Shown here: positions 54,628 through 62,623 of the stretch, piece by piece | How the letters are laid out: every line of letters starts with the position of its first letter | How positions within the stretch are numbered: the first letter of the stretch is position 1 | Assembly: GCA_965116475.1 (NCBI GenBank) | Contig: OZ220691.1 | Span: 2,112,001 to 2,176,000 of the forward strand | DNA: 64,000 nt | DNA from: Gemmatimonadota bacterium | Lineage (GTDB): Bacteria; Gemmatimonadota; Gemmatimonadetes; Palauibacterales; Palauibacteraceae | Reading direction: 5' to 3' | The notes under the pieces: generated by a model | The model's database searches: none | What the model saw: the letters and a program-made list of their open reading frames with translations, nothing else | What the model was told of the DNA's origin: nothing | Translations under genes and position numbers: made by a program

Positions 54628-55740
54628 TCAGGCTCCCGAGCGCGGCGGCTTGCGGGCCAGGAAGAAGAACATCGGAGTGAAGATCCCGGCCTTGCCACCC
54701 GCGACCAGTGCGTCCGCTGTCCGGTTCAACATTGAGCTCACTGCGGCGGTACCCTCCGGAAACGCTCTCAACCTCTCGCCGACTGTCAGCACCAGATTCG
54801 TCAGCGCGCGGCCAACGGGTGTCCGCGGAATGCTCCTGAGGTTGAGGTCGCGACCCTGCAGAGCGCGGTACCAGGGCGTTGTCGGGTCCGCCGCGGGGGC
54901 GCGATCATGGGATTCGACGAGTTCGAATCCCGCCGTGCGCAGCGCGATGTCTATCTCCGAAGAGCGCGCGACATCCGGCAGCGCATCGCCCGCCACGATG
55001 TCCTGCTTGATCCGCACGTGTTCGGCGTCCCGTGGATCGAAGTCCTCGGTGAGGCACCAGTCGTAGCCCGCGATGCAGGCCCCCCGACGCAGGACGCGGA
55101 AGATCTCCCGGAACGCCGCCGTCTTGTCCGGTGCGTGCGGCATGGACTCGATGGCGATGGCGGCATCGTATCGGTCCTCGCTCTCGGGTATCTGCATGTA
55201 GTCGCCGTGGATAAAGCGGCACAGAGATTCGACATCCCGGGTGTGTTCCTTCGCGCGCTCAATCTGGTAGGCGTTGTTGTTGATGCCTACGAAGCTCGCC
55301 CCGGAATAGCGGGCCAGGGCGCCCATCGGTCCCCCGACTCCGCATCCGACATCGAGCACCCGCATCCCCGGTGCAAGGGACAGGTGATCGGCGAGAAAGT
55401 GCTGATGCCTGAGCAGCGACGTTTTGAAGCTCTCGCCCCGGCGCCGGGGAGCGAAGTGAAAGGACCGCCCCCAGCCGAACTCGTAGAAATCCGTGACCAG
55501 GTCGTAGTAGTGATTGACGAACTCCCGATAACGCTCTCGTCTGCCCTCCACACCGGCATCGTGGATGCCGGTGTATTGCTCGACCACCGACTTCACTTCG
55601 TCCGGGGCGAGGTCGCCGAGAGATCGAGCGTCCGATTGCTTTGCGGGTGTAGGGGTCACCCAATTCGTCCCGTTGAGTTCACAGGGTTGCCCTGAGAGTC
55701 GCGCGGGAAGGAACACCGATGCGCCGACGTCCGCAAGCAT
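54628..55740 (-). CDS. Sterol 24-C-methyltransferase (SMT/ERG6-like)
   Basis: YYDLVTDFYEFGWGRSFHFA, LDVGCGVGGP, GINNNAYQ, IE..HAP, YDW and GIFTPMFFFLARKP; start uncertain. Confidence 0.9.
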   Translation of the reverse strand: MLADVGASVFLPARLSGQPCELNGTNWVTPTPAKQSDARSLGDLAPDEVKSVVEQYTGIHDAGVEGRRERYREFVNHYYDLVTDFYEFGWGRSFHFAPRRRGESFKTSLLRHQHFLADHLSLAPGMRVLDVGCGVGGPMGALARYSGASFVGINNNAYQIERAKEHTRDVESLCRFIHGDYMQIPESEDRYDAAIAIESMPHAPDKTAAFREIFRVLRRGACIAGYDWCLTEDFDPRDAEHVRIKQDIVAGDALPDVARSSEIDIALRTAGFELVESHDRAPAADPTTPWYRALQGRDLNLRSIPRTPVGRALTNLVLTVGERLRAFPEGTAAVSSMLNRTADALVAGGKAGIFTPMFFFLARKPPRSGA

Positions 55741-55803
55741 CGTTGCCGTTCCTGCGGTTAGATTGCTGTCGAATCTGCCGCTGGACCGATTGAAGGAGGG
55801 CTC

Positions 55804-56742
55804 ATGACGACCCCGAGCGATAAGACGCGCCGCGACTTCCTGATTCGTCTGGCGGGTGCCGGAGCCGTGCTGGCGGCCCCGCGCGGCGTGTTCGGGAACG
55901 CGCTATCGGGCCAGGACGCGCTTCCCACCCGCTCCATCCCGGGAACCGAGGAGACGCTGCCCATCGTCGGCTTCGGATCGTCGAAGCCCGTGCTGGAGAT
56001 CCCGACCGAGGGGACGGAGCCCGTGGCTGGCGTGATCCGCGTGCTCCTCGAACACGGCGGGCGGGTTGTCGATACCTCGCCGCGCACGCCGGAGATCGAC
56101 GCGGAGTTCGGCACCGTCCTGACGGCGCCGGAGTTCAGCGGCCGCCTCTTCATCGCGACGAAGATCAACACGGAGGGGGAGGCGTCGGGCATCGAGCAGA
56201 TGCGGCAGAACCAGCGGCTTGTCGGAAACCGCACCCTGGATCTGCTCGAGGTCGAGAGCATGCGCGATCTGGACGTACACTGGCCCAACGTGCTCCGCTG
56301 GAAGGACTCGGGCGAGGCGCGCTACATCGGCGTCACCACCTCCAGCATCCCTCAGCACGAGGCGTTCGAGTCGTTCATGCGGACGCAGCCCCTCGACTTC
56401 GTCCAGGTCAACTACTCGGTGATGGAACCCAACGCGGAGGATCGCCTCCTGCCGCTCGCTCAGGATCTCGGGCTGGCCGTCCTCATCAACCGCCCGTTCA
56501 TGAACGGCAGCTACTTCGGCCGCGTGAGCGGGCGCGACCTGCCCGAATGGGCGGCCGAGTTCGACTGCGCGAGCTGGGCGCAGTTTTCCCTCAAGTACAT
56601 CCTCGCGCACCCCGCCGTGACGTGCGCCCTCACGGAAACGACGAATCCGGGCCACATGGCGGAGAACATCGGCGCCGCCTTCGGCCGCCTCCCGGACGCG
56701 GCGACGAAGCGCCGCATGCGCGAACTCGTCCGGGACTTCTGA
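55804..56742 (+). CDS. Aldo/keto reductase fold protein with Tat signal
   Basis: TRRDFL Tat motif; LFIATK, RYIGVT, DFVQVNYS and WAQFSLKYIL motifs. Confidence 0.88.
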   Translation: MTTPSDKTRRDFLIRLAGAGAVLAAPRGVFGNALSGQDALPTRSIPGTEETLPIVGFGSSKPVLEIPTEGTEPVAGVIRVLLEHGGRVVDTSPRTPEIDAEFGTVLTAPEFSGRLFIATKINTEGEASGIEQMRQNQRLVGNRTLDLLEVESMRDLDVHWPNVLRWKDSGEARYIGVTTSSIPQHEAFESFMRTQPLDFVQVNYSVMEPNAEDRLLPLAQDLGLAVLINRPFMNGSYFGRVSGRDLPEWAAEFDCASWAQFSLKYILAHPAVTCALTETTNPGHMAENIGAAFGRLPDAATKRRMRELVRDF

Positions 56743-56780
56743 ACTCCGGATCCGCGCCCGGACGTTCCCGCGGGAACGTC

Positions 56781-57758
56781 CTACTCCGCAGCGTCCTGTT
56801 CGTCGACGCTGACCTCTCCCTCGCAGAGAATCAGCTCGTCGTCGATCCAGACCGTAGGGATGCGGTTGACGGCGTCGAAGTGGGTCTTGGCGGAGACGGT
56901 GCCGCCGAGGTTGGCGGAGGTGCCGATGCCGATGTGGACGGTGCCGTTCACGCCCTCGTCGTTGAGCATCTCGCCGGTGAAGTCGGTGCAGGCCGGGTTC
57001 AGGCCGAAGGCGAACTGGGCCAGGTTGTAGACCCAGGGGTCGTCCTGCCGGGCGAGGAGGTCCGCGAGGAATTCGGCCTGGCCGCCGCCCTCGATATCGG
57101 TGACGAAGCCTTTCGAGATTCGGAAGGTCACGGGTTCACGGATCGGGCCCACGCCGTAGTAGGGGATGCTCCCGTCGCAGACGAACACGCCCTCGGCGGT
57201 GCCCTGCGCGGGGGCGCAGTTCGCCTCGATGTTGGGGACGGCGGTGAAGCCGCGGCCGTCCAGCAGGCAGGCGTGGCTGTTGCCGGTCACGTCCGCGAGG
57301 CTCATGGCGAGGTCGGTGCCGGCGGGGTTCGTCACCCTCAGGCGCTCGCCCGCGGTGAGTTTCGCCGCGATGGCGTCGCACAGCGGTTTGCGTGCCCGAA
57401 AGTCCGTGAACAGCCCGCCCTCGCGCATCATCCGCTCGGTGAACGCGGTCATGGAGAGCACTCGGGCTCCGGCGCCTATGGCCTCGCGCACCGCGCGGGT
57501 GTGGGCCAGCGCCAGCGTCACGGGCAGGAAGGCCACGTCCGCGGCGGAGAGCGCCGCGGCCACGGCCGGTCCCGGCTCCTCGTTGTCGATCGCCCGCTCG
57601 GGCGGCGTCACGATGCTCGGCGTGGCTCCGGCCTCAAGCGCCGCGTCGGCTACGGCCCGGGCGATCGACAGCCGTTCCGGATCCGTGACGATGACCACGT
57701 CCTCGGCGGGCCGTACGTTGGCGCAGGTCCGCACCAGGATCTCCGCACCTCGTCTCAT
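56781..57758 (-). CDS. M29 aminopeptidase/NicX-like metalloenzyme, paralog 2
   Basis: GTDL, FGLNP, DE..NGTVHIGIG and THFD motifs; ATGA overlap. Confidence 0.85.
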   Translation of the reverse strand: MRRGAEILVRTCANVRPAEDVVIVTDPERLSIARAVADAALEAGATPSIVTPPERAIDNEEPGPAVAAALSAADVAFLPVTLALAHTRAVREAIGAGARVLSMTAFTERMMREGGLFTDFRARKPLCDAIAAKLTAGERLRVTNPAGTDLAMSLADVTGNSHACLLDGRGFTAVPNIEANCAPAQGTAEGVFVCDGSIPYYGVGPIREPVTFRISKGFVTDIEGGGQAEFLADLLARQDDPWVYNLAQFAFGLNPACTDFTGEMLNDEGVNGTVHIGIGTSANLGGTVSAKTHFDAVNRIPTVWIDDELILCEGEVSVDEQDAAE

Positions 57759-58732
57759 ACCAGAACCTGCTTGTCGCGCTGCACGACGCGGCCGTCGACG
57801 GCGATCGTCGGCTCCCACATGAGCAGGTCGTAGTGGGTCGGGGCCACGATCTCGCCTCCGAGGGTGTGGCTGGTGCCGATGCCGATGTGGATCGTGCCCA
57901 TGACGCCCTCGTCCTCGAGCATTTCTCCGGTGAGGCGGGCGTTCGGGTTCAAGCCGACGCCCAGTTCGGCGACGTTGAAGCAGTGGGGGTTCCCGAAGGA
58001 GTTCAGGTGCTCGCGCAGGAAGTCGGCCTGAGGTCCGCCGGCCATTTCCACGATGGCGCCGCCGCGCACGGAGCAGACGATGGGTTCCTCCAGGATGCCG
58101 ATACCGAGGTAGGGGACCGAGGCGTCAAAGATGAGCGTGCCCTCGGCCGAACCCGTCACCGGCACGACATTGACCTCGATGTCGGGGACAGGAGCCAGTT
58201 CTCCGGGTTCTGGAACGTTCGTCAGGATGTTCGTGACGCGGCCCTCGATCCCGAAGCGGAGATCGGTGCCCCGCGGGGACGTGAGGTGAACCGACTCCCC
58301 CTCGGTGAACGCCGCACCCAAGCGCCGGCAGACATCGGCCTGCGCCTCGAAGTCCGTCTCGAGCAGAGCGGGGCTGGTCATGATCGCGTCGGTGTAGGCC
58401 GTCATCATGCAGACGCGCGCGCCGGCTTCCATGGCGGTCCGCATCGCCCGCGTGTGGGTGATCGAGATGCGCACGGGGGAGAAGATCACGGCCGCCTCGG
58501 CCATGGCGCGGGCGACCGGCGGGGGTGGCTCCTGCCCGTCCTGGTCTCGCATCGGGATGATGCACTCGGTCACGGCGGCCCCGGCCTCGCGGGCGGCCGC
58601 TGCCACGGCATCCGCGTACCGCCGCATCGTCGGGTCGGTCACGATCACGACGGCTTCGCCCGGCTGGACGCGGCCGTTGACCTGCACGAGACGCCGCGCT
58701 CCGGGCGAGAGATCCACGCCCGCCTCAGCCAC
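57755..58732 (-). CDS. M29 aminopeptidase/NicX-like metalloenzyme, paralog 1
   Basis: GQEPP, SITHT, GTDL, AELGVGLNP, EDE..GTIHIGIG and THYD motifs. Confidence 0.87.
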   Translation of the reverse strand: MAEAGVDLSPGARRLVQVNGRVQPGEAVVIVTDPTMRRYADAVAAAAREAGAAVTECIIPMRDQDGQEPPPPVARAMAEAAVIFSPVRISITHTRAMRTAMEAGARVCMMTAYTDAIMTSPALLETDFEAQADVCRRLGAAFTEGESVHLTSPRGTDLRFGIEGRVTNILTNVPEPGELAPVPDIEVNVVPVTGSAEGTLIFDASVPYLGIGILEEPIVCSVRGGAIVEMAGGPQADFLREHLNSFGNPHCFNVAELGVGLNPNARLTGEMLEDEGVMGTIHIGIGTSHTLGGEIVAPTHYDLLMWEPTIAVDGRVVQRDKQVLV

Positions 58733-59927
58733 GGTCCCTCGCGAAGAACTCGTCGAATCGACCGTCGAAGATGATCGCGGTGTAGCCGTCTCCGGTCGTG
58801 TTCGTCGCGGTGCGCAACATGTCCGGGATGCCGCCGGAGAGCGCGATCCAACTCGCGATGAACTCGCCCTGCGCCTGGCCCTCGAGCCCCAGCATGCTCG
58901 CGAACAGCGTCGCGCTCCACAGCGCCGTCCCCATGCCGGCCGGGAGCCCGGGAGCGGCGATCGTGAACAGGACGACGGCGGGCCAGGCGGCGAGCATCAT
59001 CATCCAACTGAGTTCCAGGCCGAACACATGGGTGACGACGAAAGGCCCGTACGCGACGTAGGCCAGCGCGCTCGCGTCCAGGTTCGCGACGGCGCCGAAC
59101 GGGAGGACGAAGTCCGCCACCTCGTCACGGACGCCGACCTTCTTCGCGTTGGCGAGGTTGACGGGGAGCGTGGCCAGCGACGAGCACGTGCCCGCGGCGA
59201 AGACCGCGGTGGGCGCATAGTAGTCCCTCAGAACGGGCCCCACGGGCCGGTGTCCCACTCTCCGCACGAGCACGAACGTGTAGAACGTCCACCAGACCAG
59301 GACGAGCGCGCCGGTATAGGCGGCCATCGTCAGATAGTGGGAGAGCCCCAGGCTCGCGCCGAAGCGCACGCCCAGGGTGACGCCGAAGGCGAGGATGAGC
59401 GGGAGCATGACGTAGGCCAGCCTGCCGCCCGCCTGCTCGATCGAGTCGGCGGTTCGCCGGAGCACGCGGTAGGTCGGATCGTGCCGGGCGCCGAAGGCTC
59501 CGAGCAGAACTCCGGCGAGGATCGCGAGCAGCGGCCACGAGGCACCGCCATCTCCGAGGCTCCGCAGCATGGCGGCGGCTTCGGTCCACACCCCACGGTC
59601 CCCCGTTGCCAGCGGGATGCGGAAGATCGTGGCGGAGGTCACGACGGCGATGAGCCCGGCGACGGTCGACGTGAAGACGTACCACAGGACGACCGCGCCC
59701 GCGAAGCGTCCGGCGAGCCCGCGGCGCACCAGCGTCGCGATGGCCGGACTGAGGGCCGCCAGAATGAGCAGCGGTACGACCGCGACCACCCAGGCGATGA
59801 GCGTCGCCGTGGCATCGGCCACCGGCGCGAGCGGCCCCGGGAAGACCCCGCCCGCGGCCAGACCCGCCACCAGCGCCAGGATCGTCCACACATACGCGGG
59901 GACTCTGGTCAGGATCTTCGCAGCCAT
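58725..59927 (-). CDS. Dicarboxylate/amino acid:cation symporter (DAACS)
   Basis: TCSSLATLP, FVLPFGAVANLDA and DMLRTATNTTGD motifs. Confidence 0.9.
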   Translation of the reverse strand: MAAKILTRVPAYVWTILALVAGLAAGGVFPGPLAPVADATATLIAWVVAVVPLLILAALSPAIATLVRRGLAGRFAGAVVLWYVFTSTVAGLIAVVTSATIFRIPLATGDRGVWTEAAAMLRSLGDGGASWPLLAILAGVLLGAFGARHDPTYRVLRRTADSIEQAGGRLAYVMLPLILAFGVTLGVRFGASLGLSHYLTMAAYTGALVLVWWTFYTFVLVRRVGHRPVGPVLRDYYAPTAVFAAGTCSSLATLPVNLANAKKVGVRDEVADFVLPFGAVANLDASALAYVAYGPFVVTHVFGLELSWMMMLAAWPAVVLFTIAAPGLPAGMGTALWSATLFASMLGLEGQAQGEFIASWIALSGGIPDMLRTATNTTGDGYTAIIFDGRFDEFFARDRG

Positions 59928-60229
59928 TCCGGGATGTCGCGCCGGCTGTGCAAAACGCGCCAGACATCGATCTGATCGTGGCCTGTCATGTAGAAGACAA
60001 CGTGGGGGTAGCCCTTGAGCGGCCACGAGCGCAATCCGGGCAAGTTCACCTCGTGACCGTGCCGGGGTGAACCCGAGCGCGGGTTGTCGGCGATGTGCCG
60101 GAAGGCTTCCTGGAGCGCGTCAATGAAGCCAAGCGCGACCTGCGATCCGACTTCCTCCAGGTAGTGAGCGGTCGCCTGATCCACGTCCTGCCGGGCAGCC
60201 GCCCTCAGGACCACGGAAGCCGGCGTCAC
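59909..60229 (-). CDS. parE: ParE/RelE family toxin
   Basis: ARQDV..A..HY, P.SGSPR, LRSWPLKGYP and WRVLHSRRDIP motifs. Confidence 0.92.
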   Translation of the reverse strand: MTPASVVLRAAARQDVDQATAHYLEEVGSQVALGFIDALQEAFRHIADNPRSGSPRHGHEVNLPGLRSWPLKGYPHVVFYMTGHDQIDVWRVLHSRRDIPEWLRRS

Positions 60230-60465
60230 TCCGTTGCGTGTCTGCGAATCCGGGCGCGTAGCGCGTCGAAGTACGTCGTATCGGCGGTGACAGCGGGATC
60301 GGACTCACCGCCCTCCAACAGCAGATTTCGAAGGTGCTGCCGATCCTGATCTCGGCGGATCAGTTCACGGATGTACGCGCTGCAACTGCCGTAACCGCGA
60401 CCGACGACCTGCTCGTCGACAAACGACTTCAGAGGAGCGGGGAGCGAGATGTTCATGGTACTCAT
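60226..60465 (-). CDS. parD: ParD family (RHH) antitoxin
   Basis: MSTMNISLP..LKSFVDEQV..RGY...YIRELIRRDQDR; GTGA overlap with the toxin. Confidence 0.93.
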   Translation of the reverse strand: MSTMNISLPAPLKSFVDEQVVGRGYGSCSAYIRELIRRDQDRQHLRNLLLEGGESDPAVTADTTYFDALRARIRRHATE

Positions 60466-60471
60466 GTCCAA

Positions 60472-60501
60472 AGCGTAGAGCGTTTGGCAAGAAATGGCAA
60501 A
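60472..60501 (-). promoter_or_regulatory. parDE promoter (leaderless) with operator
   Basis: Minus-strand TTGCCA-17 bp-TACGCT, 6 nt before the ATG; imperfect IR TTTGGCA-AGAAA-TGGCAAA at 60483-60501. Confidence 0.7.
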
Positions 60502-60549
60502 CACATTCGGCATGCCATCCCCTCTCCCCGTTGCCGGTCCGAAGTGTCA

Positions 60550-60570
60550 TAGCTAGACTTAGTCTAGCTA
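60550..60570. promoter_or_regulatory. Perfect palindrome, probable operator of the downstream Phd-VapC pair
   Basis: TAGCTAGACT-T-AGTCTAGCTA. Confidence 0.75.
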
Positions 60571-60606
60571 GATTCTGCGCAAGTGGGCGAGGAGAGGACG
60601 TGCCGC

Positions 60607-60858
60607 ATGAGGGTGAACATGCACGAAGCGAAGTCACAGCTTTCCCGTCTGGCCAGGCTGGCCCGAGAAGGGGAAGAGGTCGTGATCTGCAACTCGGGAC
60701 AACCGTGGGTGCGCCTGATGCCGTACCGGGAACCCGTTGAACCCCGACAGCCGGGCGGCCTCGAGGGCCAGATCGTGATCGGTCCGGACTTCGACGACGA
60801 GGACGAAGAGATCATTGCGGCGTTCGAAAACTCCAGGATCTTCCCGGACGCCGACTGA
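60607..60858 (+). CDS. Phd/YefM family antitoxin
   Basis: VNMHEAKSQLSRL...GEEVVI..GQP.VRL and PDFD motifs. Confidence 0.92.
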   Translation: MRVNMHEAKSQLSRLARLAREGEEVVICNSGQPWVRLMPYREPVEPRQPGGLEGQIVIGPDFDDEDEEIIAAFENSRIFPDAD

Positions 60859-60860
60859 CG

Positions 60861-61238
60861 ATGCGGCTGCTGCTCGACACACACGCGTTTCTCTGGTGGG
60901 TGTCCGACTTTCGTCGGATCGCCGAGTCGGCCCGGAAGGCGATCGCGGACCCTGAAAGCGAGGTGTTCGTGAGCGCGGTCTCCGGGTGGGAGATCGCGAT
61001 CAAGAAGGCCAAGGGTCGACTTGTCGCACCGGACAACCTGGCGGCCGTGGTAGACGAAAAGCAGTTCGCACACCTGCCGCTGACGTTCGACCAGGCCGAG
61101 CGAGCCGCGACCCTGCCGCCGCACCACCGCGATCCGTTCGACCGAATGCTCATCGCTCAAGCGCGGGCCGAAGGGCTCATCCTGGTCACGCGCGATTCGC
61201 GCATTCCGCTCTACGACGTGCCCACGCTGCGGGCCTAG
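60861..61238 (+). CDS. vapC: VapC (PIN domain) toxin
   Basis: LLLDTHAFLW, SAVSGWEIAIK, HHRDPFDRMLIAQA and LVTRD motifs. Confidence 0.95.
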   Translation: MRLLLDTHAFLWWVSDFRRIAESARKAIADPESEVFVSAVSGWEIAIKKAKGRLVAPDNLAAVVDEKQFAHLPLTFDQAERAATLPPHHRDPFDRMLIAQARAEGLILVTRDSRIPLYDVPTLRA

Positions 61239-61322
61239 CAGGGGCTGTCAGGGGTTTTGCGGCGGGACGTTAAGCGTACATTTGCGCTGTCAATCCACCG
61301 CCCGCTGAGCCCGGAGGGCCCC

Positions 61323-62588
61323 ATGGATCGCCGGTCATCGCCTCTCCCGCGCCGCCGCTTTCTCCACCTGACCGGGGCCGCCCTCGGCCTCGCCGCGACC
61401 TCCGGCTGCGCGACCGCCGCGGGGGTGCGCGGTACGGGCGCCGGCCTGCTGTCCGCCGCCGGCACCGCCGACCGCACCTGGACTCCCGAGCGCTTCGATC
61501 CGTGGATCGAACTCGACCGCGCCGCCTGGACACACAACGTTCGCGAGGCCGCGCGGCTGGCGAGCGGACGCCCCATCCTCGCGGTCGTGAAGAACAACGC
61601 CTACGGCCTGGGCGACCGTGCGGTCGGCCCGCTCCTCGCCGGGCTGCCCGAGGTGGGCGGCATCGCCTCCGTACGCGCCGAGGAAGCCCTCGCCATGCGG
61701 GAGGCGGGGGTGACCAAGCCCATCGTCGTCATGGCCGAGGGACCCGAGGACGAGATCGAGGAACTGGCGAGGCACGACGTGCTCCCGTCCGTGTGGCTGG
61801 ATGATGCGCCCGTGCGGCTGCGGAGCGTGTCCAGGCGACTCGGCCGTCCCGTGCCCGTCCAACTCTTCATCGATACGGGGATGAACCGGGAGGGGATGCC
61901 GTACACCCGCGCGCGCGGGTGGATCGAGGAACTCGTGCAAAGCGAACACGTCGACGTGAACGGCACCTACACCATGTTCACGCACGACCTCGACTTCGAC
62001 CGGGAGCAGCTCGCCCGCTTCGAGGAACTCCTCGCGTGGGCCCGCGGGAAGAACCTTCCGCTCGGCACCCTCCACGCTTCACCCTCGTTCGAGCTGTTCC
62101 ACCTGCCCGAGGCGCACTACGACATGGTGCGGCCCGGGAACGCGCTGTTCGGCAACCACCCCGGCGGCGAGGGTGCCAGTGAAATGGCCGACCTCAAGCC
62201 CGTGTTCCGCCTGAACGCGCGCGTCGTGCGCGTCGAACGCCTCGAGCCGGGCGACGGCGCGGGCTTCTACCACACCTTCACCGCCGACCGTGCGACGTGG
62301 GTGGCGCTGCTGCCGATCGGCCGCACCGACGGCTATCCGTCCGAAGCGAACGGGACCTGCGAGGTGTTGATCAACGGCCGTCTCTACCCGGTTGCGGGAG
62401 GGGTCAACTCCGCGCACACCATCCTCGACATCGGTCCGGAGAAGACGGTCGAGGTCGGCGATGTCGCCACCCTCATCGGCCCCGACCATCCGTCCGTGCT
62501 CCCCCACACCGTCGCCGAACGGACGGGCCGCGGCTTCCTCGGCATCATCCAGTTCATGAACCCCCGACTCCCGAGACGGGTGGTGTAG
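61323..62588 (+). CDS. Alanine-racemase-fold PLP enzyme with Tat (lipoprotein) signal
   Basis: RRRFL...SGC signal; AVVKNNAYGLG, IDTGMNREG, DMVRPG and G..DGYP motifs. Confidence 0.88.
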   Translation: MDRRSSPLPRRRFLHLTGAALGLAATSGCATAAGVRGTGAGLLSAAGTADRTWTPERFDPWIELDRAAWTHNVREAARLASGRPILAVVKNNAYGLGDRAVGPLLAGLPEVGGIASVRAEEALAMREAGVTKPIVVMAEGPEDEIEELARHDVLPSVWLDDAPVRLRSVSRRLGRPVPVQLFIDTGMNREGMPYTRARGWIEELVQSEHVDVNGTYTMFTHDLDFDREQLARFEELLAWARGKNLPLGTLHASPSFELFHLPEAHYDMVRPGNALFGNHPGGEGASEMADLKPVFRLNARVVRVERLEPGDGAGFYHTFTADRATWVALLPIGRTDGYPSEANGTCEVLINGRLYPVAGGVNSAHTILDIGPEKTVEVGDVATLIGPDHPSVLPHTVAERTGRGFLGIIQFMNPRLPRRVV

Positions 62589-62623
62589 GTCCCACGTCCG
62601 GTGAGCTGCGCCCGCGGCACCGC

